Assembly (NCBI GenBank): GCA_965238225.1
Contig: OZ250183.1
Location: 128,001 to 192,000, forward strand
Reading direction: 5' to 3'
Source: Gammaproteobacteria bacterium
GTDB taxonomy: Bacteria; Pseudomonadota; Gammaproteobacteria; Eutrophobiales; Eutrophobiaceae
Length of the DNA: 64,000 nt
In this document: piece after piece, positions 9,848 through 20,841 of the stretch
How the letters are laid out: each line of letters begins with the position of its first letter
Position numbering within the stretch: position 1 is the stretch's first letter
The notes under the pieces: generated by a model
The model's database searches: none
Seen by the model: only the letters and a program-made list of their open reading frames with translations
Told to the model about the DNA's origin: nothing
Program-made: the position numbers and the translations under genes

Positions 9848-10582
9848 GTGACAGATCAAAAAAAAATAGCTCTTTTAATAGATTGCGATAATGTAAGTAA
9901 CAACGCCATCGAGGGCGTGCTTGAGGAACTTGCAAAATATGGGATGGTCAATGTCCGCCATGCGCATGGGGACTGGAAAAATCCATTCTTGTCCGGGTGG
10001 GAAGGTAAATTGCATCCTCATGCCATTAAACCGATGCAGCAATTCGCATATACAATAGGTAAAAATTCCACAGACTCGGCAATGATTATTGATGCAATGG
10101 ACTTGCTCCATAATAAAAATATTGATGCATTCGCGTTAATGACAAGCGACAGTGACTTTACGCCTCTGGTACTTAGAATTCTTGAAGATGGCTTGCCTGT
10201 TTATGGTTTTGGAGAAAAGAAAACACCTGAGGCATTTGTAAAGGCTTGCTCACCTTTTATCTACATAGAAAATCTTGTCCCTGAGCAAAAAGAGAAACCG
10301 AGCGAGACCAAAAAGACGAAGAATGAAGGTAAGGATAAATTAAGGCAGAATAAAAACCTTATAAGGCTTCTAAGAACAGCTGTTGAACAAACATCAGAGG
10401 ATGATAACTGGGCTAACCTTTCTAAAGTGGCGCACTACATAGCATCTAGTTATAGTTCATTTTCAGTAATCAATTATGGTTACAAAAAGCTCAGTAGTTT
10501 AATTAGAGAGACGCAACTTTTTGACGAAAAAATGATAAATAACGTTATGTACATTAAAGATAAGCGGGATAAATCTAAATAA
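9848..10582 (+). CDS. NYN-domain (LabA/DUF88) protein with C-terminal OST-HTH/LOTUS domain
   Basis: IALLIDCDN, GKNSTDSAMIIDAMDLL, SDSDFTPL, FGEKKTP, W.NLS...NYGYKKLS.L. Confidence 0.9.
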   Translation: MTDQKKIALLIDCDNVSNNAIEGVLEELAKYGMVNVRHAHGDWKNPFLSGWEGKLHPHAIKPMQQFAYTIGKNSTDSAMIIDAMDLLHNKNIDAFALMTSDSDFTPLVLRILEDGLPVYGFGEKKTPEAFVKACSPFIYIENLVPEQKEKPSETKKTKNEGKDKLRQNKNLIRLLRTAVEQTSEDDNWANLSKVAHYIASSYSSFSVINYGYKKLSSLIRETQLFDEKMINNVMYIKDKRDKSK

Positions 10583-10624
10583 ACTAAAGGGTCAGCATTG
10601 CTTGATTTCATTAAGGTCTATTTT

Positions 10625-11539
10625 TCATATCCATGCTTTAGGGCGTAAGTATTTGTCATAGAGCTCCGCTTCAGGAGTGCCAGATTCTGGCTGCCAATCA
10701 TACTGCCAACGAACCAAAGGCGGTAAAGACATCAATATTGATTCAGTTCTACCCCCAGATTGTAAGCCAAACAAAGTGCCCCTATCATAGACTAGGTTAA
10801 ATTCGACATAACGCCCACGGCGATATAACTGAAATTGCCGTTGTTTTTCACCGTATTCAGTATCTTTCCGACGCTCAACAATTGGCAGATAAGCTAAAAG
10901 AAATGCGTCGCCAATAGAGCGTAAAAAGGCAAAACATTTATCGAAGTCCCATTCATTCAAATCGTCAAAAAACAGACCGCCTATTCCTCGCGGCTCTTGC
11001 CTATGTTTCAAATAAAAATAGTCATCACACCATTTTTTGTAACGAGGATAAATATCCTCTCCATATTCAACACATGCATTTTTCGCAGTAAGGTGCCAAT
11101 GTCTTGCATCCTCTTCAAAACCGTAATATGGAGTTAGATCAAATCCACCGCCAAACCACCAGACAGGGTCTTCATCTTCTTTATCAATATTATTTTTCCT
11201 AGCAACAAAAAATCGCACATTCATATGGGTTGTCGGCACAAAGGGATTAAGTGGATGAATCACTGATGAAACACCAAGCGCTTGGAACTGCCTGCCTGCA
11301 AGTTCGGGGCGTTGAGAAGTGGCTGATGCTGGCAATCTATCACCAAAAACATGAGAAAAATTAATACCAGCTTGTTCAAATATCTGGCCATTACGCATCA
11401 CGCGACTACGTCCGCCACCGCCATCCCTGCTCCATTCGTTTTCTTCTAAAATCAAGATATTGTCTAGATTGCACAAGGTATCTGTGATGTTATTTTGCAA
11501 GGTAAGTAAATAACTGCGTATTGGTTCTAACTCAATCAT
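10625..11539 (-). CDS. hemF: Oxygen-dependent coproporphyrinogen III oxidase
   Basis: [46 protein letters not shown]. Confidence 0.97.
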   Translation of the reverse strand: MIELEPIRSYLLTLQNNITDTLCNLDNILILEENEWSRDGGGGRSRVMRNGQIFEQAGINFSHVFGDRLPASATSQRPELAGRQFQALGVSSVIHPLNPFVPTTHMNVRFFVARKNNIDKEDEDPVWWFGGGFDLTPYYGFEEDARHWHLTAKNACVEYGEDIYPRYKKWCDDYFYLKHRQEPRGIGGLFFDDLNEWDFDKCFAFLRSIGDAFLLAYLPIVERRKDTEYGEKQRQFQLYRRGRYVEFNLVYDRGTLFGLQSGGRTESILMSLPPLVRWQYDWQPESGTPEAELYDKYLRPKAWI

Positions 11540-11635
11540 ATAGATTATTCTGATTTTTCATGTCTATTTGTTTTAGCATAGGATGGCAAGTATTGATGCA
11601 AGAGGTTATCCTATTGGCTCTAATTTTGCAGGATA

Positions 11636-12247
11636 ATGGACACTATAAAAGCAATGGGTAATAGAAGCGCAACAATTAAACGCAATACTAATGAAACCAA
11701 GATTGAAGTCAGCATCAATCTTGACGGGGCAGGCGAGGCAAATCTTGAATTAGATGTGCCTTTTCTTGAGCACATGCTGAATCAATTTGCTAAACATGGT
11801 GTATTTGATTTAACCGTCAAAGCAAAAGGTGATCTGGAAATTGATGCACATCACACCGTAGAAGATGTGGGCATTACTTTAGGTCAGGCCTTTACAAAAG
11901 CCTTGGCTGATAAAAAAGGCATCCGCAGATATGGGCATGCTTATGTGCCTCTGGATGAAGCCTTGTCACGTGTGGTTCTGGATTGTTCTGGCAGACCCGG
12001 CTTAGAATATTCTGTCGAGTATCCGCGCGTGCGAGTAGGAGATTTTGACCTTGACTTGCTTTTTGAATTCTTTCAGGGCTTTGTCAATCACAGTATGGTG
12101 ACCTTACATATCGATAACCTTAAAGGACGCAATGCACATCATATTGCCGAAACTATATTCAAGGCCTTTGGTCGTGCTCTGCGTATGGCTGTAGAACCTG
12201 ACCCGAGAACGCAAGGCATACTGCCTTCCACTAAAGGTTCTTTATAA
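11636..12247 (+). CDS. hisB: Imidazoleglycerol-phosphate dehydratase (monofunctional)
   Basis: [42 protein letters not shown]; true start may be 11654. Confidence 0.96.
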   Translation: MDTIKAMGNRSATIKRNTNETKIEVSINLDGAGEANLELDVPFLEHMLNQFAKHGVFDLTVKAKGDLEIDAHHTVEDVGITLGQAFTKALADKKGIRRYGHAYVPLDEALSRVVLDCSGRPGLEYSVEYPRVRVGDFDLDLLFEFFQGFVNHSMVTLHIDNLKGRNAHHIAETIFKAFGRALRMAVEPDPRTQGILPSTKGSL

Positions 12248-12262
12248 ACCGAAGTCAATGCC

Positions 12263-12913
12263 ATGAGTAAAATCGCTGTCCTTGATTACGGTGCCAGTAA
12301 TCTACGCTCCGTCACCAAAGCCCTTGAGTTTGTCGCAGGCAATCAACATGTCATTCTTGTCACTCACCAACGTCAAGAGATACTTGCGGCTGATAGAATT
12401 GTTTTCCCAGGACAAGGTGCTGTCGGTCAATGCATGCAAAACCTGAGAGAAACTGGGCTGGATGATGTTATTAGGGAATGCGTCAATATAAAGCCTTTTC
12501 TAGGAATTTGTCTGGGTCTGCAATCCTTGCTGCAAGAAAGCGATGAGGATGGCGGGGTTAAAGGGCTGGGCATCATCTCAGGTAAAGTCATTCGCTTCCC
12601 TGATAATGTTAAAGACGAACATGGTGATATTTGTAAAATCCCACATATGGGTTGGAACCGTGTCCAACAGCAAAAATTTCATCCTTTATGGAAAGATATT
12701 GAAGATGATACTCGTTTTTATTTTGTCCATAGCTACCATGCGCAAATAGAAAACGACGAGGATATTGCTGCTAAAACAAACTACGCAACGAAGTTTGCTT
12801 CAGCAGCGGCCAAAGATAATATCTTCGCCACACAGTTTCATCCTGAAAAAAGTCAGCGTGCCGGATTAACTCTGCTGAAAAATTTTCTGTCTTGGGAAGG
12901 CGGAGATAACTAA
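12263..12913 (+). CDS. hisH: Imidazole glycerol phosphate synthase glutaminase subunit
   Basis: DYG.SNL.SV, GICLG.Q, PHMGWN, FYFVHSY, QFHPEKS. Confidence 0.96.
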   Translation: MSKIAVLDYGASNLRSVTKALEFVAGNQHVILVTHQRQEILAADRIVFPGQGAVGQCMQNLRETGLDDVIRECVNIKPFLGICLGLQSLLQESDEDGGVKGLGIISGKVIRFPDNVKDEHGDICKIPHMGWNRVQQQKFHPLWKDIEDDTRFYFVHSYHAQIENDEDIAAKTNYATKFASAAAKDNIFATQFHPEKSQRAGLTLLKNFLSWEGGDN

Positions 12914-12915
12914 AA

Positions 12916-14205
12916 TTATTTACCGCCTGTCTTATTGATGGCGCGATAACCAATATCCTTTCGATAAAACATCCCGCCCCAACTGATTTTTGCTACTGCC
13001 TGATAAGCCAGTTGTTGTGCTTGTAAGACCGTCTCAGAAAGTGCCGTCACACATAAAACACGCCCACCTGCGGTCACCACATTATTGTCTTGTCTTGACG
13101 TCCCAGCATGAAATACCTTTGTGCTTTCCGGAAAATCACTGTCTAGCCCTGAAATCACATCACCTGTGCTGGCACTTGCAGGATAACCCGTTGATGCCAA
13201 TACAATGCCCAACGCAGCACGTTGATCCCATTTTGCTGTCGTCTCATTTAGCTTTCCACTCAATGCTGCTTCGCAAAGGCAAACCAGATCATTTTGCAAA
13301 CGCATCATAATAGGCTGAGTCTCTGGGTCACCAAAACGGCAATTGAATTCCAACACTTTAGGCGTGCCGTTTTCAGTAATCATAACGCCTGCATAGAGAA
13401 ATCCGACATACTTACGTCCTTCTTCTGCCATACCTAAAATTGTAGGTTTTATCACCTCTTGCATAATGCGACCATGTATTTCATCCGTAACAACAGGTGC
13501 TGGAGAATATGCACCCATACCTCCTGTATTAGGTCCTACATCACCCTCATCTCTTGCTTTATGATCCTGAGAACTCGCCAATGGTAGAATATTTTCACCA
13601 TCAGACATAACAATAAAACTGGCTTCTTCGCCACGGATAAATTCTTCAATAACGATACGATGACCCGCCTTGCCAAACTTGTTGCCGGATAACATATCAT
13701 CAATAGCAGTAATGGCTTCATTCTCTGTCATCGCAATAATAACGCCTTTACCTGCAGCTAGGCCATCTGCCTTAACCACAATTGGCGCGCTTTTTTCTTT
13801 TGCATATTCTTTTGCAGCACGAGCATCAGTAAACACCTGATATTCTGCTGTAGGTATATTGTGACGTTGTAAAAAATCTTTACTAAAGTATTTTGAACCC
13901 TCGAGAATTGCTGCGTCTTTTGAGGGGCCAAAACAAGATAATCCAGCTTTCCAAAATTCATCAACAATACCATCGACCAAAGGATCTTCCGGACCAACGA
14001 TAGTAAGATCTATTTTTTCATTGTAAGCAAAGGCCTTCAAAGCCAAAATATCATCGGCAGCAATATTGATATTACTTACTTTATCTTCACTTGCAGTCCC
14101 AGGATTCCCAGGCGCAACAAAAACTGTATCAACTTTTTGTGACTGTGCCGTCTTCCATGCAAGCGCATGCTCCCGACCACCACCACCAACAATAAGAACC
14201 TTCAT
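12916..14205 (-). CDS. purD: Phosphoribosylamine-glycine ligase
   Basis: MKVLIVGGGGREHALAW, KADGLAAGKGV, NTGGMGAYSP, EFNCRFGDPE; start set at 14205 (GGAG RBS). Confidence 0.97.
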   Translation of the reverse strand: MKVLIVGGGGREHALAWKTAQSQKVDTVFVAPGNPGTASEDKVSNINIAADDILALKAFAYNEKIDLTIVGPEDPLVDGIVDEFWKAGLSCFGPSKDAAILEGSKYFSKDFLQRHNIPTAEYQVFTDARAAKEYAKEKSAPIVVKADGLAAGKGVIIAMTENEAITAIDDMLSGNKFGKAGHRIVIEEFIRGEEASFIVMSDGENILPLASSQDHKARDEGDVGPNTGGMGAYSPAPVVTDEIHGRIMQEVIKPTILGMAEEGRKYVGFLYAGVMITENGTPKVLEFNCRFGDPETQPIMMRLQNDLVCLCEAALSGKLNETTAKWDQRAALGIVLASTGYPASASTGDVISGLDSDFPESTKVFHAGTSRQDNNVVTAGGRVLCVTALSETVLQAQQLAYQAVAKISWGGMFYRKDIGYRAINKTGGK

Positions 14206-14370
14206 ATCCACAGCTCCCATGTACATTTATTATCCCAAAAAATTTCCATTGCTTATTAAAAAGTATTGAAAGTTTTTTTAAGGTGAGATGCTGCGCTCAC
14301 TGCTCACTAAGAGACGCAGTATGTGAATAATGCATAAGTGGCGATGAAGCATTAAAGCAAGAGTGATTCT

Positions 14371-15933
14371 TCAATGGAGAAAATGGCGCATGGAGGTAAA
14401 AACCATGGCAATATCTGACTCATCCGCAGCAGCAATCACCTCCTCATCGCATATAGAACCACCGGGCTGAATAATGGCTGTCACACCTGCTTTCGCAGCT
14501 GAGTCTATGCCATCCCGGAATGGGAAAAATGCATCTGATGCCATCACTGATCCAGTAACTTCAAGACCTTCATCTTCTGCTTTTATAGCAGCAATACGCG
14601 CACTGTAAACACGACTCATTTGACCTACTCCTATGCCAAGTGTTTGTTTGTCTTTAGCATAAACAATGGCATTCGATTTCGCATATTTCGCAACTTTCCA
14701 AGCAAACAGCATATCCTCAATTTCTGTTTCTGTCGGCGGGCGTTTCCCTACAATCTTGAGATCGCCTTTTTTGATAAGGCCTTGGTCACTATCCTGTATC
14801 AATAAACCACCGCTTACTCGTTTCATGATCAACTGCTGTATCGCGTCTGCTCGTGTGCCAACTTCGAGGACACGAATATTCTCTTTGACAGAAACTATAT
14901 CCAGAACCCCCTGACAGATAGACGGCGCAATAATTACCTCAACAAACTGCCGGTTAATGATTGCCTTGGCAGTTTTCACATCAAGCGGATGATTAAATGC
15001 AATGATGCCGCCGAAGGCAGAACTTGGATCCGTTTGATAAGCACGTTCATAGGCCTGAAGAACATTTTCACCTATAGCAACACCGCAAGGATTTGTATGT
15101 TTCACAATGACACAGGCAACTTCCTGATAAGACAATACGCACTCAAGTGCGGCATCAGTATCGGCGATATTGTTATAAGAAAGTACCTTGCCCTGTAATT
15201 GTTTCGCGCTGGCAAGCGTACCTAGGGGGGGGTTTGTTTGTTCATAGAACGCGGCGCTTTGGTGTGGGTTTTCGCCATAACGCAGATCCTGAAGTTTTTT
15301 GAACTGCAAAGACAGTGTCAATGGATAATCAAGATTCTCATCATCTATCGTAATGCCGCCTAAATAATTTGAGACATTAGCATCATAGCTTGCAGTATGC
15401 GTAAATACTTTTTGTGCCAAAACGAATCGTGTCTCGGCAGTCAATGATCCTTCATTATTATCAAGTTCATTGATAATACTTTCATAATCGCTTACATCGA
15501 CAACAGCGCCTACATAGGCATGATTCTTTGCAGCTGAACGTAACATTGCTGGCCCACCAATATCAATATTTTCAATAGCGTCCGCCAATGTACAATCTGT
15601 TTTACTGATTGTAGCCTCAAAAGGATAAAGATTAACCACCACCAAATCGATGGAGTCAATATTATTCTCTGCCATAACTGCATTGTCTATACCACGTCGA
15701 CCTAACAAGCCGCCATGAATTTTGGGATGTAATGTCTTAACCCTGCCGTCCATAATCTCAGGAAAGCCTGTGTGGCTTGAAACTTCAACCACATCAATCC
15801 CATTATCAGTAAGAAGACTGGCTGTGCCACCTGTAGATAAAATAATGATATCGCGACTTGCCAGATAACTGGCAAATTCAACGATACCAGTCTTATCAGA
15901 AACGCTGATAAGCGCTCGTTTTACCTTGTTCAT
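14371..15933 (-). CDS. purH: Bifunctional AICAR transformylase/IMP cyclohydrolase
   Basis: [36 protein letters not shown]. Confidence 0.97.
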   Translation of the reverse strand: MNKVKRALISVSDKTGIVEFASYLASRDIIILSTGGTASLLTDNGIDVVEVSSHTGFPEIMDGRVKTLHPKIHGGLLGRRGIDNAVMAENNIDSIDLVVVNLYPFEATISKTDCTLADAIENIDIGGPAMLRSAAKNHAYVGAVVDVSDYESIINELDNNEGSLTAETRFVLAQKVFTHTASYDANVSNYLGGITIDDENLDYPLTLSLQFKKLQDLRYGENPHQSAAFYEQTNPPLGTLASAKQLQGKVLSYNNIADTDAALECVLSYQEVACVIVKHTNPCGVAIGENVLQAYERAYQTDPSSAFGGIIAFNHPLDVKTAKAIINRQFVEVIIAPSICQGVLDIVSVKENIRVLEVGTRADAIQQLIMKRVSGGLLIQDSDQGLIKKGDLKIVGKRPPTETEIEDMLFAWKVAKYAKSNAIVYAKDKQTLGIGVGQMSRVYSARIAAIKAEDEGLEVTGSVMASDAFFPFRDGIDSAAKAGVTAIIQPGGSICDEEVIAAADESDIAMVFTSMRHFLH

Positions 15934-15986
15934 AAATTGGTTGAATTCAAAATAGCTATGAATAACATTAAGGAGATTATAAGTAA

Positions 15987-16271
15987 TTATTCCAAACCGT
16001 ACTTCTTTAATTTTTTACGTAAAGTAGCTCTATTGATTCCTAGAATTTCCGCCGATTTTGTGATATTGCCTCGCGCATGCTTGAGCACAACCTCAAACAT
16101 GGGTTTTTCAGCCTGAGATAACACAAGCTCATAGAGATTACTTGTATCATGACCGTCTAAGTCTTCAAAATATAGATTCAGCGCAGTTTCTACACAACAA
16201 TGTATAGATTGAGTACGTCTTTCTTTGCGCTTCTTTTGCGGGGCTTTTTTACTGCCAGATTTAACCGTCAT
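15987..16271 (-). CDS. fis: DNA-binding protein Fis
   Basis: YF.DLDG...[31 protein letters not shown]; upstream of purH. Confidence 0.92.
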   Translation of the reverse strand: MTVKSGSKKAPQKKRKERRTQSIHCCVETALNLYFEDLDGHDTSNLYELVLSQAEKPMFEVVLKHARGNITKSAEILGINRATLRKKLKKYGLE

Positions 16272-16402
16272 ACTGCCAATGCTTATCCGTCATTATTATT
16301 GTTACAAAATAATTTTCTTACCACAGACAGGTATGGTCTATCTGTAACTCCCTCCACAAAGGCAAGCAACAAACTATTTCAAACAGTTGAACCTAATCTC
16401 AT
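16268..16402 (-). pseudogene. dusB: dusB remnant (N-terminal stub joined to C-terminal stub)
   Basis: GAGG RBS + MRLGSTV*NSLLLAFVEGVTDRPY matches the DusB start (MRIG..N.L..APMAG.TDRPF). It continues directly to ...ALAV*, whose stop overlaps the fis ATG (ATGA). Only 45 codons. Confidence 0.7.
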
Positions 16403-16746
16403 ATCCTCACCGCTTCTAATTCCTTATGGCGGTTATTTTGATTGGGAACGGTAATGGTAACATGACTCTACCAAAACTACTTGAAAAATAAAGAACATAA
16501 TTAAGAACGAGAAGTAACTGTAATTTTAGGGTATGAGATTTAAGACATACAGCCAAAGAGAAAAACATTTATATCCATATTAACAGGTGACATACAAAAC
16601 AACGTAGCACTGCATAAATCCTGCTATTAATAACGAAAGCTTATCTAGGCAAATGCTTTAGACGCTTGAAAAGGGAGGTCTGCATAGAAAATTAGCTGGC
16701 TTTAACTGCGCGCCTATCCAAGTGCTTTGGTGCAAACATTTGACGA

Positions 16747-17601
16747 TCAGAGGAAACGAAATTCGAAGCTGGTTGCGCTTTCCGTTGACCCACCCACCTC
16801 TAATGCAAAGTGGATTGTTGCGTCTGGCATCATGCCGGCTGGAATATTAATGCTGTCATCTAGATATTCTTCTGGCTTGAACTTTCTGTGCCCAATTACT
16901 TCGCCAGCGAGATTAAACAGGGCAAGCTGAATCAGTGGAAATGGTTGAATTGTTTGTGCTTTATTTGCCATAGTTGCATTAACCAAAAGACTATCTTGAT
17001 GCAACGGGTGGTTACGCACATCGCGGTTTAATAACTTGATCGAGCTAATATTTTTATATCTGAATATGTCACATTGCAAACGCTCACATACCTTTATGGC
17101 AATGGGTTTTAACTGCGGATAACGCAACAATAATTCATCGCGATTAAACCAAGCAAGCTGTACAATGATGATGATTAACAAAAATAATGCGCCAAATCCC
17201 CACAACATCATCGCCAATAAACTTCGTTTTGGCAAAAAATCTCTATCCAGTTCGGCCTGAATGTCTCCGAGGATTTCTTCCGAGGATTCATGTCGAAAGC
17301 CTGCTTTAGCGAAACTGCTTGCATTGTCTTTGGTGCTCGGAGATGTCACAGATTCAGGTTGTTCGTCTGCTGTCGTTTTTTCCACTGGCATTTTCGCAAA
17401 TCTATAATTCATTTGCTCAAGAGTCAGAGGGGCATCGCTTAGACGAGAAAGCGCATCAAAGTTATAATCACACGCGCCACATTGAACATGACCTCCAGCA
17501 GTTGATAATTGCGAGGCTTGAACCCGAAATTGTTTCAAGCAACCAGGGCAGGATGTAAACATCCCTCCAGCTAATGACGATAACTCTGAGTTTTGCATCA
17601 A
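16747..17601 (-). CDS. Zinc-ribbon and DUF3426 domain membrane protein
   Basis: N-terminal CPGC..FRV..QL..AGG.VQCG.C, central TM helix, C-terminal DUF3426-like region; usual accC-(prmA)-DUF3426-dusB-fis locus. Confidence 0.85.
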   Translation of the reverse strand: MMQNSELSSLAGGMFTSCPGCLKQFRVQASQLSTAGGHVQCGACDYNFDALSRLSDAPLTLEQMNYRFAKMPVEKTTADEQPESVTSPSTKDNASSFAKAGFRHESSEEILGDIQAELDRDFLPKRSLLAMMLWGFGALFLLIIIIVQLAWFNRDELLLRYPQLKPIAIKVCERLQCDIFRYKNISSIKLLNRDVRNHPLHQDSLLVNATMANKAQTIQPFPLIQLALFNLAGEVIGHRKFKPEEYLDDSINIPAGMMPDATIHFALEVGGSTESATSFEFRFL

Positions 17602-17752
17602 TTAAATGTAGAACTGTATTTTCGTGATAATGGCTAACTTATAATATATAAATTCAAATTCTCTGTTAGGTAAATTTATCAGGTTTATTTACTGGATATT
17701 TATAGGCATTTTAGCCTTAATACATTATATCTATGAAATGATAGCGTTGCCT

Positions 17753-19099
17753 TTATTGCTTTAGTCCTAAGCCATCTTCCAGATAATGAATATCCGTACC
17801 ACCTGTCACAAAAGCGGCGTTGGTGACCAGTTTTTGGTGAAGCGGTATGTTGGTTTTAATGCCATCAATAACAATTTCGGATAATGCTATCGACATACGC
17901 CTTAACGCCAAATTACGACCCTCGCTATGCACGATTAGCTTGCCAATCATGGAGTCATAATGCGGTGGCACTCTGTAGCCTTTATAGACATGTGTATCAA
18001 CGCGCACACCCGGCCCGCCGGGAGGGTGATAATGCTCGATTGTTCCAGGCGAAGGCATGAAGGTCTCCGGATCTTCAGCATTGATTCTGCATTCAATAGC
18101 ATGCCCTCTTACTTGGATATCTTTCTGCTTGTAAGTTAGCTTGTCGCCATTTGCTATTCGTATTTGTTCCTTAACAATATCGATGCCTGTGACTAATTCA
18201 GTGACTGGATGTTCCACTTGGATACGCGTATTCATCTCGATAAAATAGAAATTGTCATGTTCATATAAAAATTCAAAGGTTCCTGCGCCGCAATAATTGA
18301 TATGTTGACAAGCTTCGACGCAAATTGCTCCTATATTATCTCTTATTTCTTTCGTAATCCCTGGTGCTGGAGCTTCCTCGATGATCTTTTGATTCCGACG
18401 TTGCATTGAGCAATCACGTTCCCCAAGATAAATAACATTGCCATATTCATCTGCTAATATCTGAACTTCAATATGCCTTGGATGTTGTAAAAATTTTTCC
18501 ATGTAAACCATATCATTGCCAAAGGTCATTGCTGCTTCAGATTTGGTCAATGAGATCGCATTTTTTAGTGTTGTCTCGCTGTTCACTACGCGCATCCCTC
18601 GACCGCCACCGCCCGCTGCCGCTTTGATGATGACTGGATAACCAATATCGCGCGCAATCTGGAAAATATTTTCTGAATTTTCACTAATAAAGCCATCAGA
18701 GCCAGGCACGCACGGCACACCAACTTCTTTCATGGCAGAAATTGCAGAGACTTTATCTCCCATAGTACGAATGATCTCTGCTTTAGGGCCAATGAAGACA
18801 AATCCGCTTTGTTCGACACGCTCGGCGAAATCGGGATTTTCTGCAAGAAATCCATAGCCAGGGTGTATGGCTGTCGCACCGGTTATCTCAGCAGCACTAA
18901 TCACCGCAGGAATATTAAGATAACTTTCAGTTGAAGCTGCCGGGCCTATACAGACTGATTCGTCGGCAAGAAAGACATGCATTTGTTCTTTGTCTGCTTC
19001 GGAATAAATAGCAACTGTTTTAATGTTTAATTCTCTGCAGGCACGGAGTATACGGAGTGCTATTTCGCCACGATTGGCTATGATAATTTTTTCAAACAT
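17753..19099 (-). CDS. accC: Acetyl-CoA carboxylase biotin carboxylase
   Basis: [37 protein letters not shown]. Confidence 0.97.
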   Translation of the reverse strand: MFEKIIIANRGEIALRILRACRELNIKTVAIYSEADKEQMHVFLADESVCIGPAASTESYLNIPAVISAAEITGATAIHPGYGFLAENPDFAERVEQSGFVFIGPKAEIIRTMGDKVSAISAMKEVGVPCVPGSDGFISENSENIFQIARDIGYPVIIKAAAGGGGRGMRVVNSETTLKNAISLTKSEAAMTFGNDMVYMEKFLQHPRHIEVQILADEYGNVIYLGERDCSMQRRNQKIIEEAPAPGITKEIRDNIGAICVEACQHINYCGAGTFEFLYEHDNFYFIEMNTRIQVEHPVTELVTGIDIVKEQIRIANGDKLTYKQKDIQVRGHAIECRINAEDPETFMPSPGTIEHYHPPGGPGVRVDTHVYKGYRVPPHYDSMIGKLIVHSEGRNLALRRMSIALSEIVIDGIKTNIPLHQKLVTNAAFVTGGTDIHYLEDGLGLKQ

Positions 19100-19168
19100 A
19101 CGTTTTCCTAAAGAAAATTTCTACGAATTATAATTGTTCTACTGATATTGAATTTCTAATCCTTAACG

Positions 19169-19627
19169 CTAAGATTGCTTGATAGCAAACAATGCCTGTC
19201 CGTACTCAATAGACTCACCATTCTCAACGAATATTTTACTTACCACGCCGCTCGCATCTGCTTCTATTTGGTTCATGATTTTCATTGCTTCTACGATACA
19301 TAAGACATCACCCTTATCCACTGTTTTGCCAATCTCGACAAAAGCAGGAACAGCTGGTGAAGCTGATGAATAAAATATACCCACCATCGGTGAGGTAACG
19401 ATATGACCCTCGTCAATAGCAGGTAAAGGCGTTTTTGGTGCGTCTTGTGTGGGCGTGGTACTAACACTGGTCGCAGGTGTCTGTGACGTTTGAGAAACAA
19501 TTTGCTGTATGTGCGCCGTATGATGACTGGTAATACGAACAGACTCTTCCCCCTCATGCACCTCAATTTCAGAGATACCCGATTCTTGTAATAATTCGAT
19601 AAGTTTTTTTACTTTACGGACATCCAT
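19169..19627 (-). CDS. accB: Biotin carboxyl carrier protein
   Basis: MDVRKVKKLIEL, SPMVG.FY, EAMKIMN biotinylation motif. Confidence 0.97.
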   Translation of the reverse strand: MDVRKVKKLIELLQESGISEIEVHEGEESVRITSHHTAHIQQIVSQTSQTPATSVSTTPTQDAPKTPLPAIDEGHIVTSPMVGIFYSSASPAVPAFVEIGKTVDKGDVLCIVEAMKIMNQIEADASGVVSKIFVENGESIEYGQALFAIKQS

Positions 19628-19652
19628 AAATTCATCCTGAATGATCTTAAAA

Positions 19653-20156
19653 TTATGATCTTAAATTTTTTTCATATTGTAAGTTTACTCTAGCTGTAGT
19701 TTCGCTATCGCTTATTGGCATTCTCAAAAAATTGTCAGCTGCCTGTAACGCAGCTTCATAACCAAATGCTCCCATGCCACTCACAATTGCCACTGCAATG
19801 TCAGAAAGATAAGAATTTTTTCTAAACTCTTCGCGCGCAAAAATGTTAGACAGATGAACCTCAATAAATGGGATACTGACACTTAGAAAGGCATCGCGGA
19901 TTGCAACACTGGTGTGTGTGAATGCCCCAGGATTAATGATGATAAAATCGATTTTTTTGGTTTTCACTGATTGAATTCGGTCTATAAGCTCATGCTCGGC
20001 GTTACTTTGAAAAACTGCCAACTTGTGCCCTGCCGCTGTTGCGAACGATTTAATGTGTTCATTGATCTCATCTAAGGTAGTCGAGCCGTAAATGTCAGGC
20101 TCACGCAAACCCAACATATTGAGATTTGGACCATGAAGCACGAGTATTTTAGCCAT
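19653..20156 (-). CDS. aroQ: Type II 3-dehydroquinate dehydratase
   Basis: [32 protein letters not shown]. Confidence 0.96.
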   Translation of the reverse strand: MAKILVLHGPNLNMLGLREPDIYGSTTLDEINEHIKSFATAAGHKLAVFQSNAEHELIDRIQSVKTKKIDFIIINPGAFTHTSVAIRDAFLSVSIPFIEVHLSNIFAREEFRKNSYLSDIAVAIVSGMGAFGYEAALQAADNFLRMPISDSETTARVNLQYEKNLRS

Positions 20157-20283
20157 TCTTGATTCTAAGCTTGTTTATTGAGAGTTCAATGCATTTTCCT
20201 GCATGTTAGCAGAAATTAATGACTATTTCGAGATGTTCGCTAAAATTAAGCTGTTGCAATACTGCTACAGATGTGACCGGTTT

Positions 20284-20841
20284 TTATAAGAGTGAAGTGA
20301 TTACTTGCTCTGCTTCTGAGTAAGGTAGTGAACCTTTTTTGATAAAACTGATGTCACCACTTCGATTAAGGATCACTGTATAGGGCAACCCACCGAAATG
20401 ATTGCCTAATTTACCCGCAAGCCTAATCACCTCCTGTTTACCAATGAGCAGTGGGTAATTAATGCCGAGTTTATTTGCAAAGTTTATGACATCATCCACA
20501 CCTTCAAACGCTATGCCCAGAAATTGCAGCCCTTTAGCACCATATTTTTCCTGCAAAGCAATAAAATGCGGAATTTCCTCCAAACAAGGGGGACACCAAG
20601 TCGCCCAGAAGTTAATCACCAGAACTTTATCTTGCCATTCAGAAATATTTCGCGATTGCCCTGATACGTCCATAAAACTAAAGTCAGGGGAGGCGACCCC
20701 GATCAAGTCTTCCGTGTTTTTCTGTAGCGCAGAGGATAATTTCTCAACCTTTTTGTCTGAATGGATATATTCTGAAAGAAAAAATCCAGAAAAAAAACAA
20801 ATCGTTATACAGCCCGATGCCATCAATGTTCCTCGTTTCAT
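20284..20841 (-). CDS. TlpA-family thiol-disulfide oxidoreductase
   Basis: INFWATWCPPC; N-terminal membrane anchor; follows dsbD. Confidence 0.9.
   Translation of the reverse strand: MKRGTLMASGCITICFFSGFFLSEYIHSDKKVEKLSSALQKNTEDLIGVASPDFSFMDVSGQSRNISEWQDKVLVINFWATWCPPCLEEIPHFIALQEKYGAKGLQFLGIAFEGVDDVINFANKLGINYPLLIGKQEVIRLAGKLGNHFGGLPYTVILNRSGDISFIKKGSLPYSEAEQVITSLL

Noticed and set aside
17602-17752. Possible prmA remnant
   Set aside because: No convincing PrmA-like translation in any frame; only the absence is reported.
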